The translations under genes were made by a program, and so were the position numbers. The notes beneath the pieces are model-generated. The model ran no database searches, had not been told where the DNA came from, and saw only the letters and a list, made by a program, of their open reading frames with translations. From an uncultured Poribacteria bacterium (GTDB lineage Bacteria > Poribacteria > WGA-4E > WGA-3G), in the NCBI GenBank assembly GCA_958296135.2, contig CATQHZ020000001.1, positions 3,360,001-3,424,000 on the forward strand: a stretch of 64,000 bases of DNA, read 5' to 3'. Below are positions 48,590-58,493 of the stretch, piece by piece; within the stretch, counting starts at the first letter, position 1; the number at the start of each line of letters is the position of its first letter.

Positions 48590-49825
48590 ATGTTGAGAAA
48601 AACACTTACGATAGGGCTCGCATGTGTGATGGCACTTTTCGTCATGACGCAGATAGCACAAGCCCAAGATAAAATTACCGGTCCTTGGCTGTGGGTTATT
48701 GCTCCGACCGAGGCGAACGAAGGCGGCGCGAATTCTACCGATCTCGATCAGCTCGAAGCCGCCAGCGGCGGCGATGTGACAGAAGCCGATGTCGCCGCAA
48801 ACGGCGCGAAGGAAGGCGATGCAGTCGGCGACTTGGCATGGACACTCGGTGAAATCACCGATACTGGCGGCGATAACGTCAACGATCTTGTCAATGAAAT
48901 CGGCCTCGGCGAAGGCGATGTCAACGACCATTCGTCCTACGCGCTCATCACGCTGGAATCCGCCACGGATCAGGCCGATGTAACGATGAAAGTCGGTAGC
49001 GATGACTCTGTCAAAGTCTGGCTCAACGGCGAAGTCGTGCATACCAATGCTGTCAACCGCGGCGCAGGCGACTTCCAAGATGAGTTCCCAGTCAACCTCG
49101 TCGCAGGCGATAATCTGCTGCTGGTGAAAGTCAGCGAGCGGGGCGGGGGCTGGAGCATGTTCGCCGGCATCGATGCCGATGTAACCGCTGTCTATAAAGA
49201 GCCTGTGGCCCCCGTGACAGGCAAAATCACAGGGCCCTGGCTCTGGATTATTGCCCCAACCGAGGCAAACGAAGGCGGCGCGAATTCCACCGATCTCGAT
49301 CAGCTCGAAGCCGCCAGCGATGGGGATGTAACAGAAGGGATGGTGGCAAGTGACGGCGCAGCCGAAGGCGATGTCATCGGCGACTTGGCGTGGACAGCCG
49401 GTGAAATCGCTGACACCGGCGGCGATAACGTCAACGAGCTCGTCAATGAACTCGGCCTCGGCGAAGGCGATGTCAATGATCACTCCGTTTACGGGCTCAT
49501 CATTCTGAATTCGCCGGCAGACCAGGGCGGCGTGCCGATGAAAGTCGGTAGCGATGACTCCGTCAAAGTCTGGCTCAACGGTGAAGTCGTGCATACCAAC
49601 GCCGTCAACCGCGGCGCAGGCGACTTCCAAGACGACTTCAAAGTCAACTTGAACGCTGGTGCCAACATCTTGCTGGTGAAAGTCAGTGAGCGGGGCGGGG
49701 GTTGGAGCCTGTTCGCCGGTGTCGGCGGCGAAGGCGTTACGACTGAACTGCCCATGGGGGCCGTGGCAGTTGAAGCGGCTGGTAAAATTATCACGACTTG
49801 GGGCAAATTGAAATCCGCCAAGTAG
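48590..49825 (+). CDS. Secreted acidic protein with two tandem copies of the 47622 domain
   Basis: KITGPWLW...GSDDSVKVWLNG...ERGGGWS twice, C-terminal AVEAAGKIITTWGKLK. ATG 48590 has a GGAGG SD. Confidence 0.85.
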   Translation: MLRKTLTIGLACVMALFVMTQIAQAQDKITGPWLWVIAPTEANEGGANSTDLDQLEAASGGDVTEADVAANGAKEGDAVGDLAWTLGEITDTGGDNVNDLVNEIGLGEGDVNDHSSYALITLESATDQADVTMKVGSDDSVKVWLNGEVVHTNAVNRGAGDFQDEFPVNLVAGDNLLLVKVSERGGGWSMFAGIDADVTAVYKEPVAPVTGKITGPWLWIIAPTEANEGGANSTDLDQLEAASDGDVTEGMVASDGAAEGDVIGDLAWTAGEIADTGGDNVNELVNELGLGEGDVNDHSVYGLIILNSPADQGGVPMKVGSDDSVKVWLNGEVVHTNAVNRGAGDFQDDFKVNLNAGANILLVKVSERGGGWSLFAGVGGEGVTTELPMGAVAVEAAGKIITTWGKLKSAK

Positions 49826-49849
49826 TGCCAACGCATAGTTAACAAAATT

Positions 49850-49890
49850 TCCGGTAGGCGCGATTGCAAACCGTGCCTACCGGATTTTTT
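49850..49890 (+). terminator. REP-derived hairpin / terminator
   Basis: TCCGGTAGGC...GCCTACCGGA followed by a T run. Same family at 5070, 25778, 34041, 35897 and 56674. Confidence 0.7.
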
Positions 49891-49943
49891 CTTCTCGGTT
49901 CTCGGAAGGTAGGAAGCTGAAAACGAAATGGTGCTGCCTTCAC

Positions 49944-50801
49944 CTAACCTGCTGCCATGATTTCCTTAAAAACCGGCAGCGATTCCCGAAACCCATCTTC
50001 TCGCGTGCCATTCTCTGGCTCGTAGACACTCTCCAGCGAAATCGCCCCTTGGTAGTTATCCCGCTTTAACGCAGCGACGATGTCGATGTAATAGGGGGCC
50101 ATCTGCCCGCGGTTCATCGCACAGAAATCGAATCGCGCCGCAGGGACGTTCACAACCCCGTCCTTGAGATGCACGTGCGCGATGTGCTCGCGGATAATCT
50201 CGTAGGCATCCGGATACGGCACCTCGGTACAATAAAGCGAACTGCACGGATCCCAGAGCACCTTCAGGTGTGGCGGATTGCCTAAATCCTCAATCAGTTT
50301 TTTAGCGAGCACTGCCGATGTGACGTTGCAGGAGATAGCCGTCTCAACAACCAACGTGAGCCCCGCCGCTTCCGCAAGTTTCAACGGCTCATCTAATAAC
50401 GTCAGGAGATTGTCCCACGCGCCCTCCGCTGCGTTCGGTTTGGAGCCGAAAAGCACCATCTCCTTCCGGAAACTAAAAATCCGCACCAGCGGTGAGCCGA
50501 GCTCCGCCGCAATGCCGATGCACCGCTGCAGCGTATCAATCTGCGCGCGATACGGCGGCGCGCTGGGTTCCGTATCGACAGGAATCCCTGTCAGGTTGTG
50601 ATGCGAGATACACGAAACCTTCAAATCCCGCGCGGCGATGAGCCCGCTGACCTTTTTGATATCTTCAGGAGTCAGTTCGCCAACCTCTTTCTCCCAAAGA
50701 TATTGCAATTCGACGAACTGCAGCCCGGTCTCTACCATGGTGTCCAGCGCATATTCAAAATCGCGGCTGATTCCGTCCGTGATGATTCCTAGTTTTCGCA
50801 T
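49944..50801 (-). CDS. Sugar phosphate isomerase/epimerase (xylose isomerase-like TIM barrel)
   Basis: LVVET, VLWDP, HVHLKD, ISLES metal-binding pattern. Confidence 0.85.
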   Translation of the reverse strand: MRKLGIITDGISRDFEYALDTMVETGLQFVELQYLWEKEVGELTPEDIKKVSGLIAARDLKVSCISHHNLTGIPVDTEPSAPPYRAQIDTLQRCIGIAAELGSPLVRIFSFRKEMVLFGSKPNAAEGAWDNLLTLLDEPLKLAEAAGLTLVVETAISCNVTSAVLAKKLIEDLGNPPHLKVLWDPCSSLYCTEVPYPDAYEIIREHIAHVHLKDGVVNVPAARFDFCAMNRGQMAPYYIDIVAALKRDNYQGAISLESVYEPENGTREDGFRESLPVFKEIMAAG

Positions 50802-51712
50802 GCGCCTCCCTCGCTCTTCTGTTCGGTTCTTTTCACTTCAACCCCCGCGATATTTTCGAGGATTTTGATAATCGTCCAGTTATCCTCATCGGGATTTACC
50901 GCTTTCCCGGCTTGGAAGAGTTCAAACGCCGCACTCGCCGCGAACAGCGGCACACCGCAGTCGTTTGCCATATTTTTCGCGAGCCCGAGGTCTTTGTGCA
51001 TCGTCCCGATATTGCTTTGGCCCTTGAAGTTACGGGACAAGATATTTTCGGTCGTGTCCCGAAAGAGGAAGTTGCCGACAACGCTGGTGCTGACGACATC
51101 GCGCAAGGTTTCCGGGGCTACCCCCGCCTTCACCGCCAAGGTCAGTGCCTCAAAGATACCGGCATAAGTTGTGCCGATGAGGACAGCGAGCGCGGATTTC
51201 ACAGTTTGCCCCATGCCTACCTCTTCGCCGACGTGATAGATGTCCCTCCCGACGGCTTCCAGCACCGGTTTTGTTGCCGCGAACGTCTCTGCCTCTGCTG
51301 CCACCATCATCGTCAGGGTACCGGCGGCTGCGCCCGGTGCGCCGCCACTGACAGGCGCATCGACGATATGCATCCCGCTGCTCGTCACGAGTTCTCCTAC
51401 CTCCATCACTTGGGAGCGGCCAATCGTCGCGGTGCAAATGACGGTGCTTCCCGGCTTGAGGCCTGCTAACAAGCCGTTTTCTGTCAGCAGTGTTGCTTTC
51501 ACCTGCTCCAGGTTAAGCACCATGAGAAAGACTGCGTCTGCGCATAACCCTACCTCTCTCGGGGATGTAGCGGGACGCGCGCCTTCTTGTCTGAGCGTCT
51601 CCAACGGTTCTGGCCTTACGTCATACGCCGTGAGTTCGTGTCCCGCTTTCAAGATGTTTCGGGCCATGCCCATCCCCATGTTGCCGACACCAATGAGTCC
51701 TACTTTTGCCAT
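50789..51712 (-). CDS. NAD(P)-dependent beta-hydroxyacid dehydrogenase (MmsB/GarR/LtnD-like)
   Basis: GLIGVGNMG, DAPVSGG, GQTVK, MHKDL. Start at ATG 51712 with GGAGG SD. Confidence 0.88.
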   Translation of the reverse strand: MAKVGLIGVGNMGMGMARNILKAGHELTAYDVRPEPLETLRQEGARPATSPREVGLCADAVFLMVLNLEQVKATLLTENGLLAGLKPGSTVICTATIGRSQVMEVGELVTSSGMHIVDAPVSGGAPGAAAGTLTMMVAAEAETFAATKPVLEAVGRDIYHVGEEVGMGQTVKSALAVLIGTTYAGIFEALTLAVKAGVAPETLRDVVSTSVVGNFLFRDTTENILSRNFKGQSNIGTMHKDLGLAKNMANDCGVPLFAASAAFELFQAGKAVNPDEDNWTIIKILENIAGVEVKRTEQKSEGGACEN

Positions 51713-52078
51713 CAATTTCCTCCTCCAATTCGGTTTTGATATTTTTCTAGAGCCATCTAGTTCTCCCTTAGGTTTGTCAGATTTTGTGCATATTCCAGTC
51801 CAGCGAGGCTTCTTAAGCGAACTTTGTCCTAAATTCTCCCCAGGTAGATGCAGTTCAGTTAACCGGCGCATATCCTTTACGGTGATTGACGGGTTGTTAC
51901 GTGTCGGGGCATGATAGAGTTTAGCCGATTTTCGCAAAAAAAAAATTTGCTATCAGTGTGAAATGTAGCATCTTTTGCGTTTTTTGTCAACACTATTTTG
52001 AAAGGAAACCAGAGACATTTAGTTTCCCTACAGGGAGGGCACGTTTTGACATCAAAACCGGAAACGAAATGGCACTAA

Positions 52079-54835
52079 TCAGGAGACCGGGCGTGCCTTC
52101 CGCTTTGCATCTAACAACCGTCCCATTGCGGTAGAGGACACCGTCTCCATCGGTGCCTTCCCCGCTCGCGTCGGCGATACTGAACGTGCAGGCTCAGTAT
52201 GCATCGCGGGTGCAACATCCGCTTTTTTCTGCCGCAACCGTGTTAACGTCTCCGGCACACTTTCGTCAGAGGGACTGCGCAAGCGCGCCCACAATTCTGA
52301 CAAGTAACCCCGCGCAATACTGAACCGGCGGAGAATCATCTCCAAGACGAAAAGGACAACCGCGGCGATTAACAGTGCCTGTACTAACGATGCGCGGGTT
52401 TCAATAGGCTCACCCGAAGCCTGCACTATTTGCGCGACGGAAGGTTCGTAGCGTCCAAGCATTTTGAGCAACGGCACGTTCATCCCGAATGCCGCATACT
52501 CGGCAGGATAGGCGAAAGAGAGCGTTGCCGCGCGCTTCACGTTATCCGATTCCCGCTGCGCTGTGACAATATAGGCACCGCTGCCGGCTATCTGAAAACT
52601 GCCGATGTAGCGCGTCGCGTTCTGCTGTTGCATGGCCACAGTCTCGTGCGATGCATCCGGCCTGGCGATGTGGAGGCGATAGGAATCTTGTGAAGGCTGT
52701 TGCGTATCAATAACCGCCTCACCCTCACCGCTGCGGGATGATACGGCGAGCTCAAAGTCTGCATCTGCATCGTCCGCGGGAAGCGTCCAATTCACAATTT
52801 GTCCCCAAAACTGTCCGAAGTGCCGCCAAGAAATCCACGCTCGCGCCCAAGCCGGTTTAACATCCGATGTCCAAGCGATGGACTTTCCTAAGCCAAAACG
52901 CCACCCGGCCAGAATCGGTTCCTCGCGATGCGAACGTATGAAGAACCGGGCACCGTCTTTTTCCGCGGTTGCAACATAGCCGTGAAGCAGGGGTAGGGTG
53001 CTAATGCCAGCCAAAATCGGTGCCTCAGGGATAGCAAGAACCGGTTGAAACAGTTCTTGAACGATATAGCGTTGCGTTTCTCGGACGGTTTCGGTTAAAA
53101 CCGCTGGCAATTCTTGCACATTTTGCACGAAGACAGAACGGCCGCCGCCGGCTCCCGCAATTTCCGTGAGGAGCGTTTTGTCGGCATCACCTATCGCAAT
53201 TGTGGTGATACCGATGCGCGCCTCAGCGAGCTGCTTCGCCACATTCAGAAAACCGGAACGCTCCCCGGTAGAATTCCCATCTGACAAGAGGACGATGTGC
53301 TTCCGTTTCGCATCAGTAGTTTTGAGTATCTCCCCCGCTTGCTGGAGGGCATCTTTCATCATCGTCGTGCCACCCGCAGGACGGAGTCTTCCTACGGCAC
53401 GGATAAGCGAACCCCGGTCGGCGGTGAGGGAGGAGATGACGTGAACCGCCGTGTTGAAACCGAGCAGCCCTGCAGTGTCTTCCGTCTTCAGATTGCGAAT
53501 ACCGGCCCGCACGCCTTCAATCGCGAGTTGGATTTTTTGGCGCGCGTTGACATAGTTGGCCATGCTCCCAGACGTATCAATCACAAAAAGCAGCGCGACA
53601 GAATCCTGCTGTTGGCGCGGTGTCATTTCCACAGGGAGGACACGTTCCAAGGCCGTGTTGGTATAGCCGCCCGGGCCGAACGCCCGAGGGCCGCCGATAA
53701 CGACTAACCCGTGCCCAAGCACGCGGACATAATTTTCTATCGCGTTTAACTGCTGTGTTGACAGGGCATCCGCAGGAACGTTGCTCAGAATAAGTGCGTT
53801 ACTGCGCTGGAGCTCCACCAATTCTGTGGGCATCTCCGCAGCAGAAAGAACCTCAACAATAAATCCATTTTCTTCCAAGACTGCTTTCAGCAGTCCGGCG
53901 TGTGCCGGTTCGCTCTCGACATACAAGACATGCGGCTTGTCCTGAATTTTGACAACACCGTAAGCGTGATTATTTTCAGGGATTGCGTCGCTGAGGTTCA
54001 GTTTTAAGTGATAGGTATGAATGCCCTCCGCTTTCACCTGTTGCACAGGCAGCTCAAGCACATGTCTGCCTCGCGGCAGCGTCCATTCTGCCTCGTGAAT
54101 CGGCACGCTGTTGTGAGAGAGGGTGGCAGGCAGCACCGGGATGCTGCCATCGGTTTCAACAATCGCCTGTATCCGGAAGCGTTGTCCTTTTCTCACCTGA
54201 GTCGGCATCTGCAATTGATGCACCTGAAGCGCGTCTTGGACAGACTGCAGCGGCACCGCGAAAATCTCCACGTTACTCGCCTTGAGCAGTGGAAGATAGT
54301 CGATGAGGGCGGTGCCGCCAGCGTTATCAAGTCCATCGCTGAAAAGCACGATGCGGCGTTGGTGTGCATCTATGAGCATCGCCAACGCGCGTTTGAGGGC
54401 GGCGAGGATATCGGTGCCTTCACTCGGCGCGGACAAATTGCTATATGCCTCGGCAGTTAGCTGCGGCTGCACCGCTTTCGGCCGGAGTTCCAGCAGGAGC
54501 GAGGCATCCTGTGCGAAACCGATGAGGCCAAACCGGTCGGTGGGGTTCAACTTTGCGATGGCGGCGTTCATCAGGTTAAATGCTTCGACGCGCCGGTCCC
54601 GCGCGACGCTGTCGGACATGTCCAGTAAAAAGACAACCGATAGGCGTTGCTCTTGATGCGTTCTTTGCAAGTTTGCCAAGGCAAGCACAGCGCAAAAGAT
54701 GGCACCGCCTCTAAGGCAAAACGTCACCCAGCGCCGCCATTTCACCGCGGCGACTTTTGTCCCTCGCCGCACGAGTATCAGCAGCGGCACCGCGGCGAGT
54801 AAAAGGAAAAAGAGGGGATAGGTGACGTAAAACAT
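52079..54835 (-). CDS. Double-VWA domain protein with a glutamine amidotransferase-like domain
   Basis: LDMSDS and IDTSGS MIDAS motifs, GGPRAFGPGGY..T.LE..LPV, GLGKSIAWTSD, W..FGQFW.Q. Confidence 0.82.
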   Translation of the reverse strand: MFYVTYPLFFLLLAAVPLLILVRRGTKVAAVKWRRWVTFCLRGGAIFCAVLALANLQRTHQEQRLSVVFLLDMSDSVARDRRVEAFNLMNAAIAKLNPTDRFGLIGFAQDASLLLELRPKAVQPQLTAEAYSNLSAPSEGTDILAALKRALAMLIDAHQRRIVLFSDGLDNAGGTALIDYLPLLKASNVEIFAVPLQSVQDALQVHQLQMPTQVRKGQRFRIQAIVETDGSIPVLPATLSHNSVPIHEAEWTLPRGRHVLELPVQQVKAEGIHTYHLKLNLSDAIPENNHAYGVVKIQDKPHVLYVESEPAHAGLLKAVLEENGFIVEVLSAAEMPTELVELQRSNALILSNVPADALSTQQLNAIENYVRVLGHGLVVIGGPRAFGPGGYTNTALERVLPVEMTPRQQQDSVALLFVIDTSGSMANYVNARQKIQLAIEGVRAGIRNLKTEDTAGLLGFNTAVHVISSLTADRGSLIRAVGRLRPAGGTTMMKDALQQAGEILKTTDAKRKHIVLLSDGNSTGERSGFLNVAKQLAEARIGITTIAIGDADKTLLTEIAGAGGGRSVFVQNVQELPAVLTETVRETQRYIVQELFQPVLAIPEAPILAGISTLPLLHGYVATAEKDGARFFIRSHREEPILAGWRFGLGKSIAWTSDVKPAWARAWISWRHFGQFWGQIVNWTLPADDADADFELAVSSRSGEGEAVIDTQQPSQDSYRLHIARPDASHETVAMQQQNATRYIGSFQIAGSGAYIVTAQRESDNVKRAATLSFAYPAEYAAFGMNVPLLKMLGRYEPSVAQIVQASGEPIETRASLVQALLIAAVVLFVLEMILRRFSIARGYLSELWARLRSPSDESVPETLTRLRQKKADVAPAMHTEPARSVSPTRAGKAPMETVSSTAMGRLLDAKRKARPVS

Positions 54836-54921
54836 CTATAGACATCAAGCCCCTAATGAAGACTGAGAAAAGAAACAGGTTATTTTCTGCGATGGATGCG
54901 GGCGGATAGAGACATCCGCCC

Positions 54922-56610
54922 TTACACGCTCTCACGGCGAAGTTCCTCAAAATATTCTTCTGCCACTTGCCGTTCTGCCGTGTGCGTCAAGTTGTAACGC
55001 TTGCACAGCGCGATATAGTCGTGAACCAGCGTTGTCCGTCGCTGCGCATCTATATCGCCCCCTACAACCAGCATCGCTTTATAGGCAGGGATGGCGGCTT
55101 TTTCGACACGCTCCCGAATCTCGGCATTCTCTGCAAGGGATAACGCCTCTTGAAAATAGTCAAACACGATTTGGGCGGTTTCTGCACCCAAACCGACATC
55201 CTCCGGTGCCGCGAAACACTTCGGGTGCAGCCCTCTCGCATCGGCGTTGTCGTGGAGGAAGGTGATATACGCCAAAATCGGTGGTGCTGCAGCACCGTAG
55301 TGGAACTCTACAAACTCAGTTAAAAGTGCTTCATCGTCCAGCCGCGGATTCCACAAGAGTTGTGAGATGAGGTAATTCCTGAGCTCGGAGAATTCGCCGC
55401 TCAATCCGTTGCCATTCGCCTGCATGAAAACCCCTTTCGCATTGTTCCGCAAGAAATAGCGGACATTCGGCGCGATACTCCGCAGATTCGGGAACGGCAA
55501 ATCGTAGGAACGGAAATTGGTGTTGTAATGCCAGAGCCAGATGTCGTCACAGATTTTACCCCACTCGTTCGTGTCTTGGCAGAACGCGCGGTTCCGTTCG
55601 CACGCGGGAGTATCAATCGCATGGAGCGTGCAGCACTCAATGCTACAGAGCTGAATCTGCACATTGTGGCGCGGGCGAAGCGTCTTGGGCGGCTTGCGGG
55701 TATACCAATACGCCAGCGTGCCAACCTTGACATGCGGATGCACCTTTTCAATGCGTTCCGCAACAGCATTGACGAACGTTAACTGTGAACCCATCGGTGT
55801 CTCTTCGCGACGGTTCAGTGCCTCACACGGCTCGCACCGGCAATATGCAGCGGTATCCGCTTGACTCACGCTGATGTTCGTCACATCCGGATGCGCATCG
55901 AGGTGCTGAATCGCCGACTCGGCGGCAATCTCAATGACTTCGGAATTGGTAACGCACAACTGCGGCCCCCCGCCGTGGGTATTTGTATCCCGTCTTCCAT
56001 CCACGAGCGCGTAATACTCTGGATGCGACGCACCATAGGTATCAAAAGGCACCAGCCAATGAAACGAATGGTTGATGAGTTGCTGCTGCGTTCTCCCACC
56101 GAGGTTCTCGGCATCCGTCACCGTGTTGACTTTGCGCTTCGCAGCGAATTCTGGCACTTCCGAATTTTCGCGATAATAACTCCACCGAAACGAAAATGGC
56201 GGTTTGTAGAGATACCCACCGCACGGAATTTTCAGCGCAGCCGCATCGGGAACATAGGTATGCTCCGCCGTTAAAAATCGGAAACCAACCAATTCTTCAA
56301 GAAACTGATACACCGCGTAAAGAATGCCGCGCGGGCTCCCGCCACTGATGCGCACACCCACCGTTTCAACGTCAATGTTAATCTCCTCCGCGTCTAGGAC
56401 AGGAGAGGCACCGATGTAAATGAATCCCTCAGCGTCCGGCGAGGGCTCCCACTGAATGACTTGGCGAAAATACTTTTGGAACTCTTCGGCGGCGTATTTT
56501 TCGGAGGCCCCCGCGGTAGGTGGAAGGACAACGCGCCAACGCCGCATCGCCGACAATGCCAAAACGTCAGTGCCAGAAGGGTGATACATGAGCGTTTTTT
56601 CTGTTGCCAT
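54922..56610 (-). CDS. DUF4838 domain protein (glycoside hydrolase-like)
   Basis: RGILYAVY.FLE, HPEYYAL, QLCVTN, CRCEPC, TLAY.YTRKPP. Confidence 0.78.
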   Translation of the reverse strand: MATEKTLMYHPSGTDVLALSAMRRWRVVLPPTAGASEKYAAEEFQKYFRQVIQWEPSPDAEGFIYIGASPVLDAEEINIDVETVGVRISGGSPRGILYAVYQFLEELVGFRFLTAEHTYVPDAAALKIPCGGYLYKPPFSFRWSYYRENSEVPEFAAKRKVNTVTDAENLGGRTQQQLINHSFHWLVPFDTYGASHPEYYALVDGRRDTNTHGGGPQLCVTNSEVIEIAAESAIQHLDAHPDVTNISVSQADTAAYCRCEPCEALNRREETPMGSQLTFVNAVAERIEKVHPHVKVGTLAYWYTRKPPKTLRPRHNVQIQLCSIECCTLHAIDTPACERNRAFCQDTNEWGKICDDIWLWHYNTNFRSYDLPFPNLRSIAPNVRYFLRNNAKGVFMQANGNGLSGEFSELRNYLISQLLWNPRLDDEALLTEFVEFHYGAAAPPILAYITFLHDNADARGLHPKCFAAPEDVGLGAETAQIVFDYFQEALSLAENAEIRERVEKAAIPAYKAMLVVGGDIDAQRRTTLVHDYIALCKRYNLTHTAERQVAEEYFEELRRESV

Positions 56611-56927
56611 GATTTTCTCCTGAATTTCTTACTATCCTTTCCGTTATCAGGTGTCTCTATACTAACAAAATCTAGCGCGGTTGAAAACCGCGCCTACCGG
56701 AGAATAGGTTCAAACGCCGCAGTCAGAGCACTGTGGAAGCGTGCAATACTGCCCGGCACGATGAGAAACCGCATCTATCGGGTTCGTTTTCAATGAGTTT
56801 ACAGCACGTCGCGTTTTTTGTCAACAAAAATAGGGCCCCGCGTGTCATATATACTGACAACGGAAACCGAACATCGTTCCACTGTCATTTTTGTTGAAGA
56901 AACCTCCGCTTTTAGGTTACATATCTT

Positions 56928-57533
56928 ATGAAACACCGTTTTAATCCGCTTCCAGACTTAGATGAACGGCTTGAGTTTGTCGACAACCAAGTGCGGCAGG
57001 CGCGCCGCAGCCTCAACCGGCAAGTAGAAGAGGCACTCATCCCCCTCGATATTCAGGAGGATTTCACCATCTCTGAACTGCAAGGCGATGTGATGCTTGT
57101 CTCCCGTGATGACGATTTGCATGACAAAATTGGGGAACTTCTCCGTTCTGAAGGCTACCCGTTCGATATGCCAGAACGCACCTCCGAGGCCATCGGACTG
57201 CTGAAACTGCGTAAATATCGGATGATTATCGCTGATTGCAGGCATAGACGACGTTCCCGCCTTTTTGACTATATTGAACGGTATCAACCGTTCGTCAAAA
57301 TCATCACGATTGTGCCCAACCGTGACAGGGCACGTGAATCAATGAAACGGGGCGGCTATAGCTTCCTGATGCGCAAAGATTTTGACCCGGAGCAACTGCG
57401 AACCTGTTTGATAAGTTCGCTGCAGCTGCGGCACCGCGTCTGCTGGCTGCTCGCACACGGTGAACCGTGCAACCGCTCCTGCGTCGATAGTTACCAATCC
57501 GATGAAGATTTCGGAGAAATGCAAGAACGGTAA
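56928..57533 (+). CDS. Atypical receiver-domain protein
   Basis: VMLVSRDDD...IIAD...GGYSFLMRKDFD receiver-like fold, C-terminal Cys cluster. Confidence 0.6.
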   Translation: MKHRFNPLPDLDERLEFVDNQVRQARRSLNRQVEEALIPLDIQEDFTISELQGDVMLVSRDDDLHDKIGELLRSEGYPFDMPERTSEAIGLLKLRKYRMIIADCRHRRRSRLFDYIERYQPFVKIITIVPNRDRARESMKRGGYSFLMRKDFDPEQLRTCLISSLQLRHRVCWLLAHGEPCNRSCVDSYQSDEDFGEMQER

Positions 57534-57574
57534 GGGCGGCCCTCTTCACATCCGTCCAGCCGTGAGAGTCGAAA

Positions 57575-58078
57575 ATGGCAACAAACCTAGAATTCAAAGC
57601 ACGGTGTAAATCGCTAGAGGCACTCCAAACAAGGTTGGCAGCCCTACAAGCGATGCACAGAGAAACCGTCCACCAAGTGGACACCTATTTTCAGACACCC
57701 ACTGGCAGGTTGAAATTGCGCGAAATCGCGGAGACAGGCGAAGGGTGGCTCATCTACTACGAACGTCCGAATCAGCCGGCATCGCGCTACAGTCAGTACC
57801 AACTCTGCGAAATCGCGGATGCCGCTGCCCTGAAAAACTTGCTAACTGCCGCATTCGGCATAAAAACGACTGTCGAAAAACGACGCGAGGTCTGGATGTT
57901 CAACAACACCCGCATCCACCTTGATACCGTTGCCAGCCTCGGTCAGTTTGTTGAATTGGAGACCGTTTTCCAAGGACAAACTCATGCCGAAGCAATCGAA
58001 GAACATCAACACGTTAAAACAACGCTCAACCTAGACGCGGCAGAACCGGTCGCTGGCTCTTACAGCGAATTGGTTTGA
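57575..58078 (+). CDS. CYTH-domain protein (class IV adenylate cyclase-like)
   Basis: NLEFKAR, QVDTYF, RLKLRE, IHLD.V..LG.FVELE. Confidence 0.9.
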   Translation: MATNLEFKARCKSLEALQTRLAALQAMHRETVHQVDTYFQTPTGRLKLREIAETGEGWLIYYERPNQPASRYSQYQLCEIADAAALKNLLTAAFGIKTTVEKRREVWMFNNTRIHLDTVASLGQFVELETVFQGQTHAEAIEEHQHVKTTLNLDAAEPVAGSYSELV

Positions 58079-58493
58079 GCACCGTGTCAACAAGAGGATT
58101 CACTATGTATTGTTCAATATACCGCAAACTGTTGGAGGCCAACACGGGAGTGAATAGCCACAAAAGGAACAAACTTGTCAGCATTTACGCGCAGGTGCCT
58201 TCGGTAACGAAACTCAAGGCGACCCGGGCATTGTTAGCCGATCTGAAAACGGCGTTAAATCGGCGCGATGACGTGGCACTGCCGCTGACGGCCATCCGGC
58301 ATTGGCTTTACGAGAAGCGTTTGAACTAAACGAGACGCGCACGCAGCCCGTAGGGCGGGGGCCCGGCGAGCGCGAATCGCCGAGGGTTTCCCCCGCCATG
58401 CCAGGGCCCCCTCAGCGACTAACGCTCGCCGGGTTTTCCCTCGCGCTACGAAAAGGAGAAGGGTGTCCTGTCCCCGCCCTTTTTGTTTCCATC

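Noticed and set aside
48587-49831. 414-aa antisense ORF (also 24036-24929, 28433-29275, 32178-33035)
   Set aside because: Shadow frames of well-supported genes, produced by codon bias.
58075-58329. 84-aa ORF after the CYTH gene
   Set aside because: Weak start and no recognisable motif. It may be a gene fragment but is unsupported.
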